Positions 9,065-17,633 are shown, counted from the stretch's first letter. The stretch is DNA of 41,612 nt from Patescibacteria group bacterium (GCA_028866155.1 JAGWIT010000003.1:1-41612), one strand, 5' to 3'. Notes: generated by a model from the sequence alone, not told the origin. Translations and numbers: made by a program.

Positions 9065-9748
9065 ATGAAAACTAGCATTAAAAGCAAACTATTCATTATC
9101 CCCATGCTCGCAGTAGCGCTTGCTGGTGGAGCGGCGGCTGGTATAAGCGGTATAGCAAGTGCTTCGACTTCTACCAATACTGCAACTCAAACTTTCACTG
9201 ATCACGGTCATAGAGGCATGGGTCCGGGTATTGTCGGCACTGTCTCGGCAGTTAACGGCGATTCTCTAACGGTGGCGGGTAAAAATGGCACCACTTATAC
9301 CGTTGATGTTACCACTGCGACAGTCATGAAAAGCAGCGGTGCAGGTAGTGCTCCCACTACTGTAGCCATTAGTGATATCGCAGTAGGCGACACTATCATG
9401 GCGCAGGGCACTGTAAGTGGTACTAGCGTAACGGCAACCAATGTCATGGATGGTCAATTCTTTGGCGGCCCGCATGGCGGCCCGGGTGGTATGGGCGGCG
9501 TAATGGGCACTGTCTCGGCAGTTAACGGTACAACTATTACCGTTACTGGTCAGAACGGCGGCACGTATACCGTTGACGCATCAAGCGCTACAGTTAATGA
9601 AAATGGAAGCACCTCCTCTCTCTCCAACGTCAAAGTCGGCGATACAGTACGTGTAGGAGGCAGTATTACCACCGCTTCGATGACTGCAACAAATATCGAC
9701 GATGGCATACCACAGGCTCCAGCACAAGCAACAGGTACTGCTCAATAA
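9065..9748 (+). CDS. Secreted protein with two tandem DUF5666-like domains
   Basis: Signal peptide; repeated GTVSAVNG..TV.G.NG.TYTVD unit; a 23-bp exact DNA repeat at 9236-9258 and 9506-9528. Confidence 0.82.
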   Translation: MKTSIKSKLFIIPMLAVALAGGAAAGISGIASASTSTNTATQTFTDHGHRGMGPGIVGTVSAVNGDSLTVAGKNGTTYTVDVTTATVMKSSGAGSAPTTVAISDIAVGDTIMAQGTVSGTSVTATNVMDGQFFGGPHGGPGGMGGVMGTVSAVNGTTITVTGQNGGTYTVDASSATVNENGSTSSLSNVKVGDTVRVGGSITTASMTATNIDDGIPQAPAQATGTAQ

Positions 9749-9762
9749 AACATAATTAGTGC

Positions 9763-9801
9763 AAAACAAAACACCGCCCATTATAGGCGGTGTTTTGTTT
9801 T
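9763..9801. terminator. Bidirectional intrinsic terminator
   Basis: AAAACAAAACACCGCC-cattata-GGCGGTGTTTTGTTTT, between convergent 9065-9748 and tRNA-Ser. Confidence 0.85.
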
Positions 9802-9848
9802 CCTTACTGGGCATTGACGCGTCTCGAGCGCGATGACCTAGCTCAGGT

Positions 9849-9936
9849 TGGCGGAGACGAGAGGATTCGAACCTCTGATGGGTTGCCCCATGCCGGTTTT
9901 CGAAACCGGTGCATTCGACCACTCTGCCACGTCTCC
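9849..9936 (-). tRNA. tRNA-Ser(CGA) with encoded CCA
   Basis: GGAGACG...CCGGT-TT-CGA-AA-ACCGG, long variable arm, GGTTCGAATCC, ...CGTCTCC-G-CCA. Confidence 0.97.
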
Positions 9937-9952
9937 TTGTTTTTACAGTGCC

Positions 9953-9978
9953 AAAAAAGCAAAGCAGTTTGCTTTTTT
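9953..9978. terminator. Hairpin in the inferred former tRNA-Glu/tRNA-Ser spacer
   Basis: AAAAAAGCAAA-gcag-TTTGCTTTTTT. Confidence 0.5.
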
Positions 9979-9984
9979 TACACC

Positions 9985-10081
9985 TGGTGACCAGTTTACT
10001 TGGCTTTCCGAACTCGGACAATACCGAGCTGCCATCGGTTTGAGCATCCAAGAGCTGCGTGGGTTAGTTCCAAATATATAA
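9985..10081 (+). repeat. att junction copy 1: tRNA-Glu 3' end fragment (TGGTGACC) plus orphan recombinase C-terminal tail (QFTWLSELGQYRAAIGLSIQELRGLVPNI*)
   Basis: TGGTGACC is the reverse complement of GGTCACCA (tRNA-Glu 3' end with CCA). Near-identical to 12958-13057 and in frame with the LSR at the GTGACC core (19512-19517). Confidence 0.85.
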
Positions 10082-10126
10082 AGAAAAAGACCGCAAGCAA
10101 AATGCCTACGGTCCCAGTTGAACATC

Positions 10127-11158
10127 CTAACGCTCCATGTGCTTGAGCACCTCAAGGTACATGTCCTCAACGATTTTCTGTTGTGCTTTGCCAGTCTTCA
10201 CGTAATGGTCAAGCCCAGGCGCGGAGTTGATTTCAAGCACCCAGTATTTTTCAGGCGACTTGGTTATATCGCCCTCAATCATGAGGTCAACTCCGCATAG
10301 CCGAAGCCCCATATCTTCCGCCGACTTGATTGCGAATTGGCGAAAGCCAGGATGCATCGTATTGGTGACATCCACAGCGTCACCGCCTGCAGAGAGGTTC
10401 GCATTATCGAGCAGGTAGACACGCTGTCCTTTTACAGGTACGGATTGAAGGGTCAGTTTCTCCCTTGCGAGTTTTGCCTTTATGCGAGGGTCCTCCATGC
10501 GGAGCCTCGTATCTCGGCTGCTGGTAGAGAAGCGGCGTTGTTTCTTTTCCAGCAATTCAGCGATGGTCGAATGTCCGTCGCCAATCACGTTAAGCGGAAT
10601 ACGTTCGTACGCCGAGATTACCTTGTCATCAAGCACTACGATGCGGTAATCCCGCCCTTTCACAGGAGTTTGCACCAGCGCCACGCGGTCAAGTTTGAAG
10701 ATGCGACGCATAGCGCTGTAGAAATCGCGCCGTGTGTGGCATAACGCGACCCCCTTACCTTGACTGCCACTATTTGGCTTGACGATGACAGGAAAGCCGA
10801 CTTCTTGAGCGTAAGCATATGCGGCATCCAAGCTGCGAGGCGACTCAAGCGCTTCTGCCCACTTTGGAGCAAAGAACGTTTTGCCTGGCACTGTGGGATA
10901 CCCCATACGCTTCATAAAGAAGTTCGCGTAGTCCTTGTCTTTGGAGATTTCCGCAGCTCCAAGCGTGTTGAGGTCGAGGCTCGAATAGCGGAAGTAGCGT
11001 TTCTTGCCACTCTTGTAGATAATCTGACCTGCAATATTCCATTCGGTCTCCATGACCACCTTAGCCCCGATTCTTGGGGCTATTTTGCGGAATATTTTGC
11101 CCACCAAAGGACCAGGGTAAGCTGGCTTTTTCATGGCTTTGTTCCTCGTTGATTGCAT
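10127..11158 (-). CDS. ATP-grasp peptide ligase (cyanophycin synthetase/GshF/RimK-like, stand-alone)
   Basis: KDKDYA, FPVIVKPNSGSQGKGV, DYRIVV, RIPLNVIGDGHSTI, NANLSAGGD, GVDLM, LEINSAPG. Confidence 0.85.
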   Translation of the reverse strand: MQSTRNKAMKKPAYPGPLVGKIFRKIAPRIGAKVVMETEWNIAGQIIYKSGKKRYFRYSSLDLNTLGAAEISKDKDYANFFMKRMGYPTVPGKTFFAPKWAEALESPRSLDAAYAYAQEVGFPVIVKPNSGSQGKGVALCHTRRDFYSAMRRIFKLDRVALVQTPVKGRDYRIVVLDDKVISAYERIPLNVIGDGHSTIAELLEKKQRRFSTSSRDTRLRMEDPRIKAKLAREKLTLQSVPVKGQRVYLLDNANLSAGGDAVDVTNTMHPGFRQFAIKSAEDMGLRLCGVDLMIEGDITKSPEKYWVLEINSAPGLDHYVKTGKAQQKIVEDMYLEVLKHMER

Positions 11159-11191
11159 CCTGCAGGATATTACAATCGAAATTGCCGAGTG

Positions 11192-11911
11192 TCAATTTCG
11201 ACGAGTTTTCTTTTGCTTAGCTAAGTTTAATTTACCAAACAGTGGGAGGTACAAATCATCGGTTACAGGGATTATAAGTTCTTTACGATTGACACGTTCG
11301 CGCAAGATTACAGGGGCGTTTTTGATAATAGCGAGCGGTTTTCGCTCATTACCTTCTCCCATCAGCAGTACGGCAGAAGTAGCAAGACTGTCCGCTATAT
11401 CTACGCGAGTCATTTTTAATTTACGACCAAATAAATCAGCAGAACCGCGATAATCTTTGATGCCGCCAAAACCAGCGTAACCCAGTGCCACACCGACTAC
11501 CCCCGCTCGCAGAGGCAACACTCTACTATCGGTTATCAGTACACCAAGCGATGAAAGTTTATAATGTTTCAATAAAGCTTTCCTCAGACGAGTAGCTGCC
11601 CTAAAGCTATCTTTTGGGAGGAGGACTAATTTACCTTGGGCATTTGACTCGTCTATGCCTGCAGCTGCCATAAACATGCCGTCTTTTATGGTCAGCCAAA
11701 CGTATTTAGTAGGTATTGCCCATTCGCTCTCTTTTTGAATTATTTTTATTTTTTCTTTAGGCTCTGCGGTACGACCTTCAGCTAAGGCAACTATTTTTGA
11801 AGTAACAACGAGAATATCACCATTGTTGAGATGTGATACGTGTTCAAAAACAAAATGCTCTAATTTTTCCTTTTCCTGAAACAGTCTCGTATGTATTGCT
11901 CGTATATTCAT
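11192..11911 (-). CDS. CofE-family gamma-glutamyl ligase (F420-0:glutamate ligase/FolC2-like)
   Basis: GDILVVTSKIVALAEG, AGIDESNA, GVLITDS..PLRAG..GVALG, DLFGR, MGEGNE.KP. Confidence 0.88.
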   Translation of the reverse strand: MNIRAIHTRLFQEKEKLEHFVFEHVSHLNNGDILVVTSKIVALAEGRTAEPKEKIKIIQKESEWAIPTKYVWLTIKDGMFMAAAGIDESNAQGKLVLLPKDSFRAATRLRKALLKHYKLSSLGVLITDSRVLPLRAGVVGVALGYAGFGGIKDYRGSADLFGRKLKMTRVDIADSLATSAVLLMGEGNERKPLAIIKNAPVILRERVNRKELIIPVTDDLYLPLFGKLNLAKQKKTRRN

Positions 11912-11915
11912 ATTT

Positions 11916-12329
11916 TCATCGCGCGTTTGTTTTATAGTGTTCGACTCCGCTTATCTTTTTTACGTAGACCCAATCAACCAATTCATCCCAAGGTTGTTTT
12001 TTGAGCGATATGGGTGAAAATTGATTTTCATAACAAAAACCAATACGTACCCATTGGGGTGGTATAGCAGAAAGAAACCTGTCATACCAACCACCGCCTC
12101 GTCCATGCCTCACTCCGAGGCTATCGAAGGCAGTACCAGGCACATAGACACATACTTTTGGGTGGTCAAAAAGTGCAATTACTTTGCTTGCCGCATCACG
12201 AGGCTGTAAAGATAAATCGGGAGGAATAACGAAACGAATTGACGGTAGGGCGGCTAAGCATTGCAGAGGGTCTGGTTCGCTGCTAAGTGGCGCATACCCA
12301 ATAGCTTCGTATGAGCGGAAGTTTTCCAT
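11916..12329 (-). CDS. 5-formyltetrahydrofolate cyclo-ligase family protein (short form)
   Basis: VPGTAFD..G.RHGRGGGWYDRFL and PWD..VD motifs; ATG at 12329 is preceded by TACAAT. Confidence 0.85.
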   Translation of the reverse strand: MENFRSYEAIGYAPLSSEPDPLQCLAALPSIRFVIPPDLSLQPRDAASKVIALFDHPKVCVYVPGTAFDSLGVRHGRGGGWYDRFLSAIPPQWVRIGFCYENQFSPISLKKQPWDELVDWVYVKKISGVEHYKTNAR

Positions 12330-12367
12330 AGATGAATTGTATTCTATTTTGTAGAGAAACTGCCGCC

Positions 12368-12799
12368 CTAAGAGCGGCAGTATAGTTGAGGTGGTATTCG
12401 ACGTACTCCAAGACATCCCCTCGCAACAAATATAGAAAACGGTTCTTCAATGACACCGTTCTTCCATTTTGTAGCGTGGATGACTGTATGCTCGTGTGTA
12501 GCTATTCCTACATGACCGAAGTCATCTTCGTTTAGTTGGTAGTCAAGCCGAGGTATAAACACGAGGTCTGCGACACCAACCTCTTCAAGGCGAATCGGGA
12601 TTACTTCGGACCAGGCGAGCTGATGGTCAGGCAAGGAAACCCCTAAAGGCTCCAAAAGCCACTGCATAAAGCGGAAACAATTAAGAACTTTTGGGGCTTC
12701 TTCAAGGGTTGCCGTTCTGCGATAAACGGAAATCCCTATGCACGCACGAGCCCGATGGATGAGCAGTCCTTGATATGAGAAACTACTCGGAAAACTCAT
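12368..12799 (-). CDS. NlpC/P60-like cysteine peptidase
   Basis: NCFRFMQW (catalytic Cys), DLVF, GHVGI, VIHA; strong SD GGAGGAGG. Confidence 0.75.
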   Translation of the reverse strand: MSFPSSFSYQGLLIHRARACIGISVYRRTATLEEAPKVLNCFRFMQWLLEPLGVSLPDHQLAWSEVIPIRLEEVGVADLVFIPRLDYQLNEDDFGHVGIATHEHTVIHATKWKNGVIEEPFSIFVARGCLGVRRIPPQLYCRS

Positions 12800-12957
12800 G
12801 GCATATCCTCCTCCATTGGTTCAAAGGGTTTATGCTTACGCCTGGCGCCAATCCTAAATATAGCTGGACCAGGTAGCGATGTAGTGATTTTGCAACATTT
12901 GCTTAGTATAGCAGATTTTATTTTATAGAAAACGTACACAACATTCACGAAGTTCAC

Positions 12958-13057
12958 TGGTGACCAGTTTACTTGGCTTTCCGAACTCGGACAATACCGA
13001 GCCGCCATCGGTTTGAGTATCCAAGAACTGCGAGCGTTGGTGCCTGTTCAGTCCTAG
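12958..13057 (+). repeat. att junction copy 2: TGGTGACC plus orphan recombinase tail (QFTWLSELGQYRAAIGLSIQELRALVPVQS*)
   Basis: 8 differences from copy 1 over the aligned codons, 7 of them synonymous third-position changes. Confidence 0.85.
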
Positions 13058-14631
13058 CTCTTGTCGCCACTGCGAGGCGGAGCGGGTGTTGGGTCGCTGC
13101 CTAGCACTATCTCGATTTTTGTGCCCGAGCGGTTCTCCTCAAACTCTTTCGCAAGTTTGATGAGGTATGCGTCGCAGTATGCCTTCATTGCGATAACTTC
13201 GGTGAGGGTGATTGGCTTGATGGTGGCGTGTTTTGCCTCAAGCTCTGCTCCCAGGTCGAGCATAGCGTCAACGTTCGCAGTCTGGTCTCCATAAAAGAGT
13301 GTGAGTTGCTCGTGCGCTGCTTTCTTGAGGTCGGACTTGCCGTCCCAGTGTCCATTCATTTGCAAGGCAGTCTTGAGCGCCTTGTAGAATTGCTCAAAGG
13401 CGTTGAGTTCCAATCGGAGATGCACGTCGTTTTTTGCCAATAAACTGATGCCACTGACGTATAGGTCAATCGCCTCGGCATGCTTCTCCATCCATAAGTG
13501 GCTGATGTACTGAAAGACAAGGCCAGTGAGCGATAGTTCCGTGCTCCCGAGCACGAGACGCATCGACTTCCAATCTAACTGAAGGCGAGGATTTAGTTCC
13601 AACCTCACACCAGCGTTGCTCTCCAAGTCCCAAATCTCATCATAAAAGCGGCTGATATCAACGGGCACGTTCCACCAGAACAGCCCGCGCGTTGCGATGT
13701 TGAGAGCCGCAACAAACATTCGGCAATAGCCATACGAGTAATCCCACAGCCCTTGCACGGGTACTTTTTTCGGAAGAGTCAGTTCGATGATGAGCGTATT
13801 TTTATCGCTCTGCTTCAGCTTCAACATACTCGACTGGGCGTTGAGTTCGTTGAGTGCCTTATTACGGATTGAATGAGATGGAGTCTTTATCTTCACGCGC
13901 ACGCGCCATTTCGGTTTCCAAGCCTCTTCATCGCTCGGCTTTTGCCGCGTCATTTCCTTTTGCAACAACTCTCGCATCGCACCCTCGTTCTGTTCGTAGA
14001 CCTCTCGAAGCCACGGTATCCACTTTTTGACATCACCGAGTTCAATCAATTTCTGCTGCGAAGCGGGACTCCATATTTCTTTTCTTTTTTGTGGGTCATC
14101 AACTGCCTTGAAAAACCACTGCAAGTTAGGGTCATCAGGCCCCGCGACCTCCTCGCTGACATCGCCTTCCGCCTGCTCCAACTTGAGTCGAGCCTCCACA
14201 AAACCGTGAATCATTTTTGCTTCACCCTCTTTCATCTTGTCGCGCCACGAGAGCATATCGTCTGGATTGGCGTAAAAGTAGTCCATCCGACGTTCGTGCA
14301 GATTCTTTGCAAGACCTCGTTGGTCATCAATTTGCTTTTGACTTATTTTCTGTTTGCCAAATGATTGCCCCCAAATCGCAAAGAAAAGCTTTTTCTCGTG
14401 GTCATCAATGTCGAGGTTCATCTCGCGGTCGCTGGGGTGCTTCGCCGCCATAAGGCGCACGCCCATAAGTTCGACCTTGCCAATCTCCTCAAGCGCAAGC
14501 ACGGAGAGGTGAAATGCTATGTGGTCGAGTTTCTTTTCAAGCATTGCCGAGGCACCATCGAGTAGCTCCTCGGCGTTCTTGAGGCAAATATGACGGAACT
14601 CATTGTGTTTTTTGATGTCTTCTGGCTTCAT
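13054..14631 (-). CDS. AbiV-family abortive infection-like protein with long C-terminal extension
   Basis: N-terminal NAEELL..A..L....HIAFHLSVLALEEIGK...HEKK...RR...FY. ATG at 14631 preferred. Confidence 0.72.
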   Translation of the reverse strand: MKPEDIKKHNEFRHICLKNAEELLDGASAMLEKKLDHIAFHLSVLALEEIGKVELMGVRLMAAKHPSDREMNLDIDDHEKKLFFAIWGQSFGKQKISQKQIDDQRGLAKNLHERRMDYFYANPDDMLSWRDKMKEGEAKMIHGFVEARLKLEQAEGDVSEEVAGPDDPNLQWFFKAVDDPQKRKEIWSPASQQKLIELGDVKKWIPWLREVYEQNEGAMRELLQKEMTRQKPSDEEAWKPKWRVRVKIKTPSHSIRNKALNELNAQSSMLKLKQSDKNTLIIELTLPKKVPVQGLWDYSYGYCRMFVAALNIATRGLFWWNVPVDISRFYDEIWDLESNAGVRLELNPRLQLDWKSMRLVLGSTELSLTGLVFQYISHLWMEKHAEAIDLYVSGISLLAKNDVHLRLELNAFEQFYKALKTALQMNGHWDGKSDLKKAAHEQLTLFYGDQTANVDAMLDLGAELEAKHATIKPITLTEVIAMKAYCDAYLIKLAKEFEENRSGTKIEIVLGSDPTPAPPRSGDKS

Positions 14632-14696
14632 TGGCGCGTTGATTGTACCGCTCTGTGCAAGGCGTCGCAAAAGTGCTGCACCCGAACCCATCAGGG

Positions 14697-15317
14697 TCAG
14701 GAGTGGCAGTTCTTATCTTTGATGTTGTTCACGACGTTCACAAGTGCAGTGAGACCATCAGGTGTAAGGTGGTTGTCAGCAAGATATTTTTGCACCTCTG
14801 CATTTTTTGCCGTGATTTGAATGTAATACGAGAATGAGTTGCACAGGTCATCCTCTGAAAGCAGTCCCTCGTTGTAGGTGGCATCAATCTCGTCGAAATT
14901 GCCGAGGTAGGTATCGAGTTGGTCGGTCGTGAACTTGCCTTTTGGTTGGAGTATCGGGTCGCCACGGTCAATCGCTCCCGCGAGTGCCTCACTGTTAGGT
15001 GTGTAGAATTGCCCATTGAGCGCGATGTTGTTCTCGGACGCCACCTGGTCGTGAGCATCCTTGATGAGCCAGCCAGTAAGAATTACGACGCCCACTGTGA
15101 GCGCAACCAACCCCCACGTCAAGAACACAAGCTTGCGCGACCATCGGTCGCTGCTGTTGCTGAACTTCACCAGGTTGGTGTTGAGCGTGCCGATGACTTG
15201 TTTCAGGTCGCGTAGCTCAATAACGGCTTTTTTGAGGCGGTCGTTACCCGTCGCAGCCAGGTCTCGGTCAACACCATTGCCCGTTTTTATCTCCTGTAAA
15301 TCATTCTCTGCGGTCAT
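14697..15317 (-). CDS. Single-TM protein with DUF4760-like C-terminal domain
   Basis: Coiled region plus TM; YLGNFDEI...YNEGLLSED.....FSYYI pattern. Confidence 0.55.
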   Translation of the reverse strand: MTAENDLQEIKTGNGVDRDLAATGNDRLKKAVIELRDLKQVIGTLNTNLVKFSNSSDRWSRKLVFLTWGLVALTVGVVILTGWLIKDAHDQVASENNIALNGQFYTPNSEALAGAIDRGDPILQPKGKFTTDQLDTYLGNFDEIDATYNEGLLSEDDLCNSFSYYIQITAKNAEVQKYLADNHLTPDGLTALVNVVNNIKDKNCHS

Positions 15318-15345
15318 AAGATTGAGTTTTTGGGAATGACACCTT

Positions 15346-16302
15346 CTAGTACGCAGTCGTTAGCGTTCGATGGTACGGCTTATCGTCAGGCCGCTTGGTC
15401 TGTCCCATGAGCCAAAGATGGTCGTTGATACCAACAGAGGAAGCAATTTTACCGCTCTTTGCCAACTCATTTTTTATGGCCTCCACAGCCCATATTGTGT
15501 TCGCTCTAATCTCCACTTCTTCCGCGCTGCCGTGCGGGATTTGCGCGAGCGAATCCACTTTATCAGCCAGTCCTGCGTCGTAAGACAGGATGCCCAATCT
15601 TCGCAATGACTGCGGCAGTTTGTAGTCGGCACATGCCGTGAACCCTTCCAAGTTATTCAATTCGCCGTACCCCTCGCCGCCGAATGTCTGGTACACGTCC
15701 TCAACCAAAAGTTGCGCTCGCTTATAGAAATAGATTGTCTTGTCGTCGTACTCCGAGGTGTCATTGAAGGACGGGAAGTTTTCTATGATGAGGTTGAGCA
15801 GTTGAAGCCCATCTTTATTGGCTGCGCGAACGATATTCGCAAAATCCGCCTCGAACTTATTTACGAGAGTTGATGCAAGCCCTGTAGTAATTTTCCACCG
15901 CTCCTCCAAGAGAGGTATCTCAACATTCCCGCGCGTCATTCGCTGGTAGTTTTCTTTGCTCATCTGCGAGCGATACTTGGCATCCAAAATCGGCATCCCC
16001 TCATCAATCGCTCTCATGATGGCCGCAATCATGCCCCATGAACCGTCGTATTGCTGCCCCTTGTACTCAATCGTCCATTTTGGGTCGCCCCAATAGCAAA
16101 AACTTGTCGAGTTGAAAACGAGCAAAAAGTTCAGTTTTTCGCTATCCGCAAGATGCGAGTATGCGATTGGTGAGCCATTCAACCAATGTGAAAGATTGCC
16201 ATGTTGGAAAGCCGCGCAAAACTCAATCACTTTATCCTGATTGATTTTGACGTGTTGAGACCTGTCAACGACGTAGCGCGTTGTTTCCAAAATCTTACTC
16301 AT
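15346..16302 (-). CDS. Queuosine-nucleotide N-glycosylase/hydrolase (Qng1/DUF2419 family)
   Basis: FCYWG, LLEER, FYKRAQLLV.D, ADYKLPQ.LR.LGIL.Y, EEVEIRA.TI.A, D.LW, HRT.T..Y. Confidence 0.9.
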   Translation of the reverse strand: MSKILETTRYVVDRSQHVKINQDKVIEFCAAFQHGNLSHWLNGSPIAYSHLADSEKLNFLLVFNSTSFCYWGDPKWTIEYKGQQYDGSWGMIAAIMRAIDEGMPILDAKYRSQMSKENYQRMTRGNVEIPLLEERWKITTGLASTLVNKFEADFANIVRAANKDGLQLLNLIIENFPSFNDTSEYDDKTIYFYKRAQLLVEDVYQTFGGEGYGELNNLEGFTACADYKLPQSLRRLGILSYDAGLADKVDSLAQIPHGSAEEVEIRANTIWAVEAIKNELAKSGKIASSVGINDHLWLMGQTKRPDDKPYHRTLTTAY

Positions 16303-16306
16303 ACGT

Positions 16307-16741
16307 TTATGCGTCCCAAAATGTGCGGCCTGTCCTGTACGCTTCTATATAACTTGGCAACGTCGCAAAAAGCGGTTGTGGCAAATCATCCATATCGCGC
16401 CATTCCCACGCCTCGACCTTGTTTGGCTCTAACACTTGTGGCTCACCACTTTTCCAATCACAGATAAGGCCGACATCAACGTAATGTTTCGGCGCGTACT
16501 GTTTGAGGTTCATTAGCCGTAAAAAACGAATGTTGGCAATCTCTATTCCTGTTTCCTCTTTGACCTCACGCTTGGCGCAGTCCTCGAACGACTCCATGTA
16601 TTCCATGTGGCCACCTGGCCATGCCCACTCGCCTTCGCCGTGCGAACCCTTGCGCCTGCCGAGAAGCACTTTGCCATCTTTGAGCACCATCACGCCCACA
16701 CCGACTTTTGGTCTCTGTTCGTCATTCATATGATTATTCAT
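16307..16741 (-). CDS. NUDIX hydrolase (MutT/NUDT15-like)
   Basis: PKVGVGV, RKGSHGEG, Nudix box GGHMEYMESFEDCAKREVKEETG, EPNKVEAWEW. Confidence 0.92.
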   Translation of the reverse strand: MNNHMNDEQRPKVGVGVMVLKDGKVLLGRRKGSHGEGEWAWPGGHMEYMESFEDCAKREVKEETGIEIANIRFLRLMNLKQYAPKHYVDVGLICDWKSGEPQVLEPNKVEAWEWRDMDDLPQPLFATLPSYIEAYRTGRTFWDA

Positions 16742-16766
16742 TCTAGTGTAAATAGCCTAATTCAGT

Positions 16767-17633
16767 TCAACCCCAACTCTCTTGCAGGTTGTCGAGCAGG
16801 AGCTGTTGCAGCCTTGTTTTTGCTATCAGTTCGACATTGTTTGCCTTCGCTAGCTCAACCGCCTCGCGCGTAAACTCACTGGTCGTGATGACCGCAGCCT
16901 TGTTGCAGTCGTAGTAGGTCTTCGCAGCGACCGCCTGTTGAACGGCATCATTACCGACGGACATATTTTGATAACACTTCGCCTGAATCAGTAGACGCTC
17001 AGGCCCTTTAGTTGCCACTAAATCGCCGCCCTGGTCGCCGACCTTGCCAGAGTGCTGCACTGCATAGCCCATCTTCTCGTAGAGACGAAGCAGTAGCGAT
17101 TCAAAAGCAGAGCCGTTCAGTTCCTTGAAACTTTTTGTGCTCGCCTGGATGCTATTGGAGGTAACGCCGAACTCACGTTCGTCAATGTAGTGTCGGAGCA
17201 AGAGGGAGAGGTCTTTGTTATCTTCGAGCTTGACGCCCTTACTGCGGAGTATGCTCTCCATTTCGTGAAAACGCTGCCAATCAACTTTGTAGTTGCGGTA
17301 CGTCCATGGGTTTTTGCTTCTATCTTGACCCATGCCGAAGCGGATGAAAAAGTTTTTTATCTGGTCTTCCATCCCTGACTGCTTCACTGCCGATGTGAGT
17401 TTTTGTAGATGGCGCTCTTTGCTAGCCGCTTTGAGCTTCACAAACGCGACAGCGATGGCGAAAATCACGACGACCGCCAGCGCTCCGTAGACTGTCCATC
17501 TCCAAAACTCCGCACGGTTCGTAAAGTACAGCAGGAGAAGATACATCGCATAGAGTCCAAAAATCGAGGCAATGACATTTACAATATCGCCATCGGAGTC
17601 TGCGCGTCTGTAGTTTCTATATCGTCGTGCCAT
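16767..17633 (-). CDS. Membrane-anchored Mrr-family restriction endonuclease
   Basis: Two N-terminal TMs; FESLL..LY..MGY, GDQGGDLV, IQAKCY, AVQQAVAA, VITTS.FT.EA.ELA. Confidence 0.88.
   Translation of the reverse strand: MARRYRNYRRADSDGDIVNVIASIFGLYAMYLLLLYFTNRAEFWRWTVYGALAVVVIFAIAVAFVKLKAASKERHLQKLTSAVKQSGMEDQIKNFFIRFGMGQDRSKNPWTYRNYKVDWQRFHEMESILRSKGVKLEDNKDLSLLLRHYIDEREFGVTSNSIQASTKSFKELNGSAFESLLLRLYEKMGYAVQHSGKVGDQGGDLVATKGPERLLIQAKCYQNMSVGNDAVQQAVAAKTYYDCNKAAVITTSEFTREAVELAKANNVELIAKTRLQQLLLDNLQESWG

Noticed and set aside
9236-9528. 23-bp exact direct repeat as a recombination site
   Set aside because: In-frame copies encoding GTVSAVNG in two tandem domains; an intragenic duplication.
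9848-10081. 77-aa ORF spanning tRNA-Ser into repeat copy 1
   Set aside because: Mostly antisense tRNA with a TTG start; only the last ~30 codons show coding signal, which the recombinase-tail model explains.
10127-11158. Calling the ATP-grasp gene cphA (cyanophycin synthetase)
   Set aside because: Only 343 aa, lacks the Mur-ligase domain, and has no cyanophycinase nearby.
12800-12900. Possible THF or ZTP riboswitch upstream of the folate-like operon (CCTGG...CCAGG stem)
   Set aside because: A stem exists, but I could not match conserved riboswitch motifs by eye; an Rfam scan is needed.
12796-13008. Minus-strand ORFs sharing MAARYCPSSESQVNWSP (also 9943-10170)
   Set aside because: Antisense translation of the repeat; the substitution pattern is synonymous in the plus-strand frame.
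9985-13057. Repeat pair as CRISPR, integron attC or DGR template/variable repeat
   Set aside because: Only two ~90-bp copies 3 kb apart; no cas, IntI or reverse transcriptase gene; no attC palindrome; differences are third-codon rather than adenine-specific.
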